A stretch of 64,000 nt of DNA, from IMG/VR virus record IMGVR_UViG_3300020148_000032, one strand, 5' to 3'. The notes below the pieces were generated by a model that searched no databases, was not told the DNA's origin, and saw only the letters and a list, made by a program, of their open reading frames with translations. Each line of letters opens with the position of its first letter. Position 1 is the first letter of the stretch. The position numbers were made by a program, and so were the translations under genes. The DNA comes from a virus. Taxonomy: Duplodnaviria > Caudoviricetes. Below are positions 8,099 through 15,127 of this stretch, piece by piece.

Positions 8099-8174
8099 TG
8101 GTAGGCCCCCTGGGATTCGAACCCAGAACCTGCGGATTAAAAGTCCGTAGCTCTGCCGTTGAGCTAGAGGCCCA
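8099..8174 (-). tRNA. tRNA-Lys(TTT), CCA encoded
   Basis: Loop CTTTTAA. Confidence 0.9.
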
Positions 8175-8197
8175 TCTTTATATCATTTTCTAACGCG

Positions 8198-8271
8198 TGG
8201 ACCCGAGGAGAATCGAACTCCTCGCACTAACCTTGCAAAGGTTGGTCGCCCCCCTTGGAACATGCGAGCCC
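8198..8271 (-). tRNA. tRNA-Ala(TGC), divergent D-arm
   Basis: G3:U70; loop TTTGCAA. Confidence 0.8.
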
Positions 8272-8275
8272 ATTT

Positions 8276-8393
8276 GAAAGTTTCATTTATAGGAATGATA
8301 CTTACAAACACCCAGGCTCCTCCACCTGGATTCGAACCAGGAACCTTAGAGTTAACAGCTCTCTGCTCTGCCGTTGAGCTATGGAGGAATAGG
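8276..8393. repeat. 118-bp direct repeat (tRNA-Asn plus 3' trailer), second copy 13851-13968
   Basis: One mismatch between copies. Confidence 0.9.
8317..8388 (-). tRNA. tRNA-Asn(GTT) copy 1
   Basis: Loop CTGTTAA. Confidence 0.92.
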
Positions 8394-8640
8394 TTGTCAC
8401 TATATTTCCATTAAGGAATTATAGAAATATTTTCCACATAACCACATTTCAGTTTGATCATCATATATTTCTTCAGCGAACAGATCCACAATAAAGGAGA
8501 CATAGTCCCCTTTTATATTATATATGTAATCATATGAAGTGTATTGTGATGGGTTGTTAATTCACCATTCTTTATGTAATTTTTTCTTTTATTTTCATTA
8601 TATTCTCCTTTATATATTTTTATATGGAGATATTCATGAG

Positions 8641-8715
8641 TGCGCGTTGAGGGACTCGAACCCCCGACCGCCTCGGTGTAAACGAGGAACTCTAACCAAC
8701 TGAGTTTAAACGCGC
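8641..8715 (-). tRNA. tRNA-Val(TAC)
   Basis: Loop TTTACAC. Confidence 0.9.
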
Positions 8716-8774
8716 ATGATGTTTTGTCGAGCAAGTACACTATACTATATCAGTATAGTGATTGTCAAATTGAC

Positions 8775-8849
8775 GCTCCAGGTATAGGAATCGAACCTAT
8801 GCCGCCCTGATTCAAAGTCAGGGTTCCCATGCCAGCAGAGAACCTGGAA
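8775..8849 (-). tRNA. tRNA-Gln(TTG), divergent
   Basis: CCTGA CTTTGAA TCAGG. Confidence 0.8.
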
Positions 8850-9042
8850 AACCGACTAGAAGGGACCAACCTTTTCACGGTTACTTATTTTCGTTTAAGT
8901 AGTACCTAACCATCTCTTGGTTAGTCTGTTTTTCGAACGGTGTAGTTTTAGTATACACGAGATACTGTCGTTTCTTCGGCGATCACGACAAGCGCCCCAC
9001 AAGCCCAGTGGGTGGGGAGACGAGCGGTTAATTCATCTCGTG

Positions 9043-9115
9043 CGCGCCCGGAGGGATTCGAACCCCCAACCTTCTGATCCGTAGTCAGATGCTCTATCCG
9101 TTGAGCCACGAGCGC
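9043..9115 (-). tRNA. tRNA-Arg(ACG)
   Basis: Loop CTACGGA. Confidence 0.93.
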
Positions 9116-9264
9116 ATGGTCGCCTTTTAAGATCTTGTTCCCACATACTTGGAGCACCCCTTAAAAGACTTCATGATAAGTCACAAATATCACGCATTCG
9201 GTTAGTTTCCCTTATTCTGGTCAGGAATCTAACACCTTACCAGGGGCGTTCAATGGAGAGTTAA

Positions 9265-9434
9265 TCTTCACTAAACGTTTTAATATGACGCGACTCATAT
9301 TAAGAATTAGGTGGCAATCGCGTTCACCAACTTAGAATCATTGCCTTTTGAATAGACACCCACCGTGGGCGCGAATGCGCTATATTTTAAAAAGATAATC
9401 CCTACATTGTACAGAGTAGGGTAAATAGTGAAGA
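9265..9434 (-). ncRNA. Candidate multibranch pseudoknotted ncRNA
   Basis: 9-bp closing stem TCTTCACTA/TAGTGAAGA, several hairpins, complementary loops at 9289-9294 and 9317-9322. Confidence 0.45.
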
Positions 9435-9517
9435 GATGTTCGGGAGAATAGCCAATCGCCGTGCTTTCGAGAGCATTTTTCCTTCATTATTTAACTAGGG
9501 TATCACTATCTATAGAG

Positions 9518-9601
9518 TGGGCCCGGCCAGATTCGAACTGGCAACGTTTCTCCGTCACTGTTTTACAGACAGCTTGCTTCAGCCAATTTGCATACGGACC
9601 C
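9518..9601 (-). tRNA. tRNA-Tyr(GTA)
   Basis: Long arm; loop CTGTAAA. Confidence 0.9.
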
Positions 9602-9784
9602 AAAGTGTGTTGATTTTTGAAAGATAGGTTCAACACACAAAACCTTCTCAAACATGAAAGTTTGAATTATCACTAGTTTAAAGACACTTTGGCTGGAACC
9701 TTTCACCCTTGTAAGAGTTTCCAGTAACTCATACCACTCCTTAGAGGTGGGAAGACGAAGTGTGCCTCTACTCCGAAAGATCAT

Positions 9785-9881
9785 GATAACCCGACTCCTG
9801 TCGTTCTCTCATACAACCGTGTATTATGAGGAGTTGAACCTCAAGAGTTTACCTACACCTTTTGATAGGTGCGAGGTTACC
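9785..9881 (-). ncRNA. Permuted tRNA-mimic RNA 3
   Basis: GGTAACCT..hairpin GCACCT/AGGTGT..ACTCT-[TGAGG TTCAACT CCTCA]-[TAATACA CGGT TGTATGA]-GAGAACGACA-GGAGT-C-GGGTTATC. Confidence 0.6.
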
Positions 9882-9888
9882 ATTAAAG

Positions 9889-9961
9889 AGCGAGTGACCG
9901 GATTCGAACCGGCGTTAACAGTTTGGAAGACTGTAGTACTAGGCCTCTGTACGACACTCGC
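9889..9961 (-). tRNA. tRNA-Gly(TCC) copy 2
   Basis: Loop CTTCCAA. Confidence 0.92.
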
Positions 9962-10057
9962 AAAGCGATATAGCGGTCTCACGCATTGACGCCAACATGT
10001 AGCGTCTCAACCCTTTGTACTGGGTATATCATCGCGGGCTTGGTTTTCACCTGAGCG

Positions 10058-10139
10058 CTCCCCCACCTGGACTCGAACCAGGAGGAATAAATTCACGGAT
10101 TAACAGTCCGTCCCGCTGCCAATTACGGTTTATGAGGGA
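10058..10139 (-). tRNA. tRNA-Asn(GTT) with enlarged variable region
   Basis: ACGGA CTGTTAA TCCGT then GAATTTATTCCT before T-arm. Confidence 0.8.
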
Positions 10140-10254
10140 ATAGGAAAGAGATTTTTATGTCAGGCTCTCTTTCATTGTACCCTATCTGGGAACCCAGAGT
10201 ATTTGCATGTTGACATTAATGCAATATGTTCAACTTAACATCGAACATGCAAAG

Positions 10255-10328
10255 CGACCGCGACGGGGCTCGAACCCGCGACCTCTACCGTGACAGGGTA
10301 GCGCTCTGACCAACTGAGCTACGCGGCC
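10255..10328 (-). tRNA. tRNA-Asp(GTC)
   Basis: Loop CTGTCAC. Confidence 0.93.
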
Positions 10329-10363
10329 ATAATAGTTTAACGTCAGTTTCGGACGAAAATGAT

Positions 10364-10528
10364 TTAGGTATTAATAACTGCACGACGCTTCGGGAAGAGT
10401 CGAGACTTAATCTTGGTCATTTCACGCTTGGTAGCGCGATAATTACGCTCGTTTTCTCGAATGAAAGCAAGCTCCTCGACAATTCGCTTGCGACGATTCT
10501 CAGCCTTGACCTGTGCATTAGTAGCCAT
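10364..10528 (-). CDS. Small basic protein (54 aa, MATNAQVKAENRRKRIVEEL...)
   Basis: TAAGGA RBS; Arg/Lys-rich; below ORF-track cutoff. Confidence 0.7.
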   Translation of the reverse strand: MATNAQVKAENRRKRIVEELAFIRENERNYRATKREMTKIKSRLFPKRRAVINT

Positions 10529-10592
10529 TGTGTTATCCTTACTTCGTGCTTTTTTATTACTTACATAAGATCCACATTTTCATGCGGAACAG

Positions 10593-10666
10593 CGACCGCA
10601 ACGGGACTCGAACCCGCGACCTCCACCTTGACAGGGTGGCGCTCTAACCGACTGAGCTATGCAGCC
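10593..10666 (-). tRNA. tRNA-Asp(GTC)
   Basis: Loop CTGTCAA. Confidence 0.92.
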
Positions 10667-10874
10667 ATATATTTCGACCTACGGGTTCTTCCGTCAGTGG
10701 TATTATCATTCCGGATTTCAAATACCTAACCTCTAGTAAGTACGTAGATTCTATACACTTCCAATGTTATAAATTTTTGTGTTGGCTAACGAAAACCTAT
10801 GACATTGTTTGATAAAGCAGTTTGCCATGCCAAACTACATCGAAATAATGTTCTTTCATATTTTTATGAAATAG

Positions 10875-10946
10875 TAAGTATTATAGGATTCGAACCTATA
10901 TCTCTCAGCGGGTAAGCCGAGTGCTCTTCCATTAAGCTAAACACTC
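10875..10946 (-). tRNA. tRNA with 8-nt anticodon loop (CTTACCCG), identity undetermined
   Basis: Intact acceptor, D and T arms; CTCGG CTTACCCG CTGAG. Confidence 0.7.
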
Positions 10947-10947
10947 C

Positions 10948-11040
10948 ATCTAATCACGAGCAGATCACACTCTGCCAAACGCGGCAACGTTTGCCCAAGT
11001 GGTGCATCTCGAATTGATAACAAGAATTGCCGTCCTTGTT
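10948..11040 (-). ncRNA. Candidate kissing-loop ncRNA
   Basis: Hairpin loops at 10982-10987 (CGGCAA) and 11027-11032 (TTGCCG) are exact complements. Confidence 0.5.
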
Positions 11041-11048
11041 ACTCCTTG

Positions 11049-11122
11049 TACCCCCTCAGGGATTCGAACCCTGGACCCACTGATTAAGAGTCAGTTGCTC
11101 TAACCTACTGAGCTAAGGAGGC
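11049..11122 (-). tRNA. tRNA-Lys(CTT)
   Basis: Loop CTCTTAA. Confidence 0.93.
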
Positions 11123-11211
11123 ATAAATGTTTATGCTATTGTATCAGTTTTTACATAAACTTTATTCTTTCGAATGTCTGGGGTTATATTTTTATCTCTG
11201 ACCCAGTAAGG

Positions 11212-11322
11212 GGCGGTTACGTTACATTAGCGTTATCTCCAGATAATCATCGTTGAAGTTGCATCATTGACTTAAAGGAATTGAACCTTTACTAACCTTG
11301 TCACTGGACAAGGTAACCTACC
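11212..11322 (-). ncRNA. Permuted tRNA-mimic RNA 4
   Basis: GGTTAC..hairpin CTTGTC/GACAAG..TTAGT-[AAAGG TTCAATT CCTTT]-irregular capped stem-ATCTGGAGATAAC-GCTAA..GTAACC. Confidence 0.5.
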
Positions 11323-11323
11323 G

Positions 11324-11396
11324 TGCCACCGGTCGGAATCGAACCGACGACCTTTCGTTCTTCAGACGAACGCTCTACCAATTGAGCTACAGTGGC
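11324..11396 (-). tRNA. tRNA-Phe(GAA)
   Basis: Loop CTGAAGA. Confidence 0.92.
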
Positions 11397-11440
11397 ATTC
11401 ATATCACTTTTGATTTATCAAGTTTCATTCAATAAGTAAT

Positions 11441-11469
11441 ATTATACATGAAGTGATTCCTCATGTCAA
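11441..11469 (-). promoter_or_regulatory. Consensus primary-sigma promoter
   Basis: TTGACA-17-TATAAT. Confidence 0.85.
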
Positions 11470-11497
11470 ATCAAAACCGAATAAAGTTTTGAAAGAG

Positions 11498-11571
11498 TGC
11501 GGGTACCTGGACTTGAACCAGGGACCTTCGACTTATCAGGTCGATGCTCTAACCAACTGAGCTACACCCGC
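11498..11571 (-). tRNA. tRNA-Ile(GAT)
   Basis: Loop CTGATAA. Confidence 0.93.
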
Positions 11572-11682
11572 ATAAAATGAAGAATACCTCTTAATAAGGA
11601 AGTTCCTGGCATCGGCGAGAAAATCTCATGGACGTGATAATCCATTATTCTTCATTTTTCTTACTGTATTAAACAGTAATCG

Positions 11683-11754
11683 TACCCCGACGGAGAATCG
11701 AACTCCGGCGACGAGGTCGAAAGTCTGGCGTACTAACCTCTATACTACAGGGGC
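11683..11754 (-). tRNA. tRNA-Glu(TTC) with disrupted anticodon stem
   Basis: Near copy of 12165-12236; CCAGA/CCTCG has two mismatches. Confidence 0.65.
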
Positions 11755-11755
11755 A

Positions 11756-11832
11756 TGGGGTGTCTGACGGGATTCGAACCCGCGGATGACCGAGTCACAG
11801 TCGGCTGCGTTAACCTTTTCGCCACAGACACC
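11756..11832 (-). tRNA. tRNA-His(GTG), G-1:C73, CCA encoded
   Basis: Loop CTGTGAC. Confidence 0.93.
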
Positions 11833-12078
11833 ATCGGGGTATAAAGTGGCCACAATATACCCCTATAACATAAAATAATATAATAATTAAAATAATATAA
11901 TAATAAATAAATAATATTGTAAAAATGCGAAGTTTTTGTTCACTTGAAATAAAGTCTTTATTATGATGCTTTATACCACGGGTGTTTATATCCCGGATTA
12001 CATATAAAGATCATTTTATACATTCCAAATTTAGAGAATGCATAAATCTTCACTTGCCGACTTTCACCGACAATTAAA

Positions 12079-12146
12079 ATAATCAACTAAAGAATCGAAC
12101 TTTAGAACCCTATTTTTCAGTAAATGGGCTTCCTAATTTTGATTAT
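12079..12146 (-). ncRNA. D-armless tRNA-like element
   Basis: ATAATCAA/TTGATTAT stem, unpaired AATTAGGA, irregular hairpin, CTAAAG TTCGATT CTTTAG. Confidence 0.5.
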
Positions 12147-12164
12147 CACCTGCTTAACGCATTG

Positions 12165-12236
12165 TACCCCGACGGAGAATCGAACTCCGGCTACCAGATT
12201 GAAAGTCTAGCGTACTAACCTCTATACTACCGGGGC
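12165..12236 (-). tRNA. tRNA-Glu(TTC)
   Basis: Loop CTTTCAA. Confidence 0.92.
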
Positions 12237-12283
12237 AAGGTGTCTAGAATTATGGGGACCGCCCCGACTAGACTCAATGTATA

Positions 12284-12997
12284 TTACATTCCAATGAAAT
12301 CATTGGAAATTTTTATCCATTTCTTGGGTTCACGATAAAATTCTCTCCATAGTATTCTTAATACTACCCATCCTTCATCAGAGGCAAGGGAATCCTTTGT
12401 TTTATCAGAAATAATTTGACGTTGATAACGAATGTGTTGATCGCCATCGATTTCAATTACTTTCTTTTTGTGAAGCCAAGCAAAATCGAAAGAATACTTT
12501 TCAAAAGGGTATTCTCTCACAAAATTTTTATCATCAAACTCGTTTTCAATAACTTGAGTGAAGAATTTTTCAGGATAAGATTCATTGATGCTTGGATTTA
12601 ACCACCGCATGGCTTGATTCTTTTTATGTTTATCCTTCATTATTGAAGAAAGTTTCTCTTTCGTCTTTTTTGAATGTTTTCGTCCAAGATTTGGAGAATT
12701 AATTCTTTCAGGGTTTGAATAACAATAGTTTTTATGTAATCCAAACCCAGATTTGTTTGTATTAAAAATTTTCATGCACCATTCGCACGTAAATTTTCTA
12801 CGTTTAATTGAATTCTTTGAAATGAAATCACTTTTAGTGTGAGCCATTTCTTTGTTATGTTGTTGCATCTTTCTCCTTGTAGAGAAAGTTAAACAACATA
12901 ATGAGCAATTCCATTGTGGAGAACCGTTGCATTTTTTAATGTGTAGAGAAAGGGCATGTTTTGTGAAGTTTTTAACTTTACATTGTGAACATTCCAT
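12284..12997 (-). CDS. Zinc-finger/NUMOD3 + DUF559(Vsr-like) endonuclease, homing-endonuclease-like
   Basis: C2H2 fingers, GRKHSKKTKEKLS, DFAW..IEIDGDQH..D; start moved to 12997 to avoid tRNA-Ser. Confidence 0.8.
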   Translation of the reverse strand: MECSQCKVKNFTKHALSLHIKKCNGSPQWNCSLCCLTFSTRRKMQQHNKEMAHTKSDFISKNSIKRRKFTCEWCMKIFNTNKSGFGLHKNYCYSNPERINSPNLGRKHSKKTKEKLSSIMKDKHKKNQAMRWLNPSINESYPEKFFTQVIENEFDDKNFVREYPFEKYSFDFAWLHKKKVIEIDGDQHIRYQRQIISDKTKDSLASDEGWVVLRILWREFYREPKKWIKISNDFIGM

Positions 12998-13015
12998 TTT
13001 TATCAACACCTTAAG

Positions 13016-13104
13016 CGGAAGTGACAGGATTCGAACCTGCGGGCGCCTTGTTAGACGCCACACGATTAGCAGTCGCGCGCCTTAATCCACTCAGCCACAC
13101 TTCC
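13016..13104 (-). tRNA. tRNA-Ser(GCT)
   Basis: Long arm; loop CTGCTAA. Confidence 0.93.
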
Positions 13105-13128
13105 ATTGATTGTTTTTCTTACAATTCG

Positions 13129-13209
13129 TTGGAAATAGAGGACTCGAACCTCTTAAGCATGAAGCGACCCCTTTACAGGGGGTTTCCTTTTCCTATTGGA
13201 TAATTTCCT
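13129..13209 (-). tRNA. Divergent tRNA-Tyr(GTA), 1:72 mismatch
   Basis: ACCCC CTGTAAA GGGGT; A1:A72. Confidence 0.7.
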
Positions 13210-13211
13210 AA

Positions 13212-13302
13212 AAATACTTGATGAATCCCATGTGAGTGTCATTCACCGCCGGAGTCGAACCGGCGCATCACATTCAGTAGACTAATCTGAATGGTAGTAT
13301 TT
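13212..13302 (-). ncRNA. Permuted tRNA-mimic RNA 5
   Basis: AAATACT-AC-[CATTCAG..CTGAATG]-TGATG-[CGCCGG TTCGACT CCGGCG]-[GTGAAT GAC ACTCAC]-ATGGGATT-CATCA-AGTATTT. Confidence 0.75.
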
Positions 13303-13308
13303 CTATTG

Positions 13309-13381
13309 TACCCCGAACGGGATTCGAACCCGTGTTACCGGCGTGAGAGGCCAGCGTCCTAGGCCACTAAACGACCGGGGC
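13309..13381 (-). tRNA. tRNA-Glu(CTC)
   Basis: Loop CTCTCAC. Confidence 0.93.
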
Positions 13382-13407
13382 ATTGATTTTAAATTTATTA
13401 AAAAGAT

Positions 13408-13531
13408 CGATGTTTGGTAGGACTCGAACCTCCTGCATCCGCGCTCCTGAACGCGGCCGTCTACCTCATGGTTTATATTCCGTAAACTTTGCCTAACTTC
13501 ATGCGGCGGTCATTTCAGCCGGTCAAATATC
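13408..13531 (-). ncRNA. tRNA-like RNA with 8-bp acceptor, ~50-nt D-arm insertion and 8-nt anticodon loop
   Basis: GATATTTG/CAAACATC; CCGCG TTCAGGAG CGCGG; AGG TTCGAGT CCT. Confidence 0.5.
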
Positions 13532-13597
13532 CCGAAAGACATGAGAGGTTAGGTCTTCTGCGAGTGCTATAGCCTTGCGTATCGAATGCTCGCATTG

Positions 13598-13672
13598 TCG
13601 GGGTAACAGGATTCGAACCTGCGACTTCTCGCTCCCAAAGCGAGCGCTCTGACCAAACTGAGCTATACCCCG
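13598..13672 (-). tRNA. tRNA-Pro(TGG)
   Basis: Loop TTTGGGA. Confidence 0.93.
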
Positions 13673-13686
13673 TTAATTATCGTGCG

Positions 13687-13759
13687 TGCCTTCGGTGAGA
13701 TTCGAACTCACACTGTATCGATTTTGAGTCGACTTCCTCTACCGTTGGGATACGAAGGC
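13687..13759 (-). tRNA. tRNA-Leu(CAA), short variable arm
   Basis: Loop CTCAAAA; actinobacterial short-arm Leu type. Confidence 0.9.
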
Positions 13760-13765
13760 AAAGGG

Positions 13766-13846
13766 TGGTAGATGAGGGATTCGAACCCCCGAAGCTTTCG
13801 CAACTGATTTACAGTCAGCTCCCTTTGGCCGCTCAGGAAATCTACC
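13766..13846 (-). tRNA. tRNA-Tyr(GTA)
   Basis: Loop CTGTAAA. Confidence 0.93.
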
Positions 13847-13891
13847 ATTCGAAAGTTTCATTTATAGGAATGATACTTACAAACACCTAGG

Positions 13892-13963
13892 CTCCTCCAC
13901 CTGGATTCGAACCAGGAACCTTAGAGTTAACAGCTCTCTGCTCTGCCGTTGAGCTATGGAGGA
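13892..13963 (-). tRNA. tRNA-Asn(GTT) copy 2
   Basis: Identical to 8317-8388. Confidence 0.92.
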
Positions 13964-14039
13964 ATAGGAGGCCACCGAGAAGGAGTTTTCTACTGGAAGG
14001 CTTCAGTTGCTCTGAAAACATATTTCAAAATAACGAGAG

Positions 14040-14112
14040 CACCCGTAGAGGGATTCGAACCCCCGACACGCAGATTAGAAGCCTGCTGCTCTATCCACTG
14101 AGCTATACGGGC
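14040..14112 (-). tRNA. tRNA-Arg(TCT)
   Basis: Loop CTTCTAA. Confidence 0.93.
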
Positions 14113-14125
14113 AAGATGTGTTACG

Positions 14126-14200
14126 TCGGGGTAACAGGATTTGAACCTGTGACTCCTCGGTCCCAAACCGAGTGCTCTGGCCAAACTGAGCTACACCCCG
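14126..14200 (-). tRNA. tRNA-Pro(TGG)
   Basis: Loop TTTGGGA. Confidence 0.93.
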
Positions 14201-14224
14201 TTAAGATGTTTATATTATTGGGAG

Positions 14225-14297
14225 TGCCTCCGGTGAGACTCGAACTCACACTGAATCGATTTTAAGTCGACTTCCTCTGCCATTGGGATACGAAGGC
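14225..14297 (-). tRNA. tRNA-Leu(TAA), short variable arm
   Basis: Loop CTTAAAA; paralog of Leu(CAA). Confidence 0.9.
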
Positions 14298-14420
14298 AAG
14301 ATGGTGTCATATGTTTAGATCTTTAGGTTGTCACATATGACACATCAGAATTTGGCTTTTTCAATAACTCAACCTTGAAGATCGTTATTGAGCACAAGCT
14401 CTGACTAAAATCATATTTAT

Positions 14421-14553
14421 AGTCCGCATAAGCGGCGCCCCCTAAGATTCTCATCCTCAAGATGAGCATTGCTCTTAACAGACACGGATTTTCCTATCGA
14501 CGGCACCCTCCGATTGGGGCAGGAACTGCTTCCCTGGCATGCCTAGCCAGACT
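14421..14553 (-). ncRNA. GC-rich structured RNA at head of tRNA operon
   Basis: AGTCTG/CGGACT closing stem, multiple internal hairpins, ~25 nt below promoter. Confidence 0.45.
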
Positions 14554-14577
14554 TCTTTTATTTAATTTATATTTAAT

Positions 14578-14606
14578 ACTATATCATGTTTCAAAATGTT
14601 TTGCAA
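14578..14606 (-). promoter_or_regulatory. Primary-sigma promoter of tRNA array
   Basis: TTGCAA-17-TATAGT with TG extension. Confidence 0.7.
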
Positions 14607-14868
14607 CCTTTAATTCATTTTATAGCATTTGTGTCCCCACCGAAGTGGTTCAACAGTTTCCAATTTTAACCAATTTTTTAGAGTTTGCCAACATTTTTTC
14701 ATTTTATTTTTCCTCGTCACCAACTCGGCGAGTCCTAAGAAAAAGATGAAATAATGCGACTAATCTTTATTGATTTATTAAGGTAAGTATTACGGTAACA
14801 CATTAATCACGCTCAGTCAAACTGTAGCGCGGGGATTTTCGGGTAGTGTTTGAACCCTAGTTTTTAGA

Positions 14869-15006
14869 TTATCGACGATGCCCTAAAATCGATCCCTGGC
14901 AGATATCTCCTGTTGGATACATCCCATTCTCGAGTTTAGGCTGTCTAAAGGAGACGGCAGGCTTATTCAAGCCACTTTCAATGATGTGTTGCGATTGAAT
15001 CATCAT
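14869..15006 (-). CDS. Small ORF (45 aa, MMIQSQHIIE...) with sequestrable RBS
   Basis: AAAGGAG RBS; internal complement GTCTCCTTT. Confidence 0.45.
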   Translation of the reverse strand: MMIQSQHIIESGLNKPAVSFRQPKLENGMYPTGDICQGSILGHRR

Positions 15007-15127
15007 TTCCAGTCTCCTTTCGTTTCTCAAATAATATCAGGAAAATATCCTGTATTAATATTTTAACAAACTTTCTAACGAATTATTCTTGATTGTTAAA
15101 AAACTTTAGTAATATCAGGAAAAGTTT

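Noticed and set aside
9855-9872. Opal/Sec tRNA(TCA)
   Set aside because: Loop lacks U33 and there is no upstream acceptor strand; it is the side hairpin of mimic 3
11871-11918. AT-only tandem repeat
   Set aside because: Low-complexity duplication with no supportable function
14421-14553. RNase P RNA
   Set aside because: About 130 nt, P4 cannot form properly, other conserved regions absent
709-14749. ORF-track ORFs overlapping tRNAs (e.g. 709, 2602, 3725, 8513, 8948, 9563, 9747, 13021, 13990)
   Set aside because: Translations of tRNA or spacer sequence
1-15100. tmRNA, hammerhead or theta/HDV ribozymes, group I introns
   Set aside because: No convincing core motifs found by eye; not excluded without covariance search
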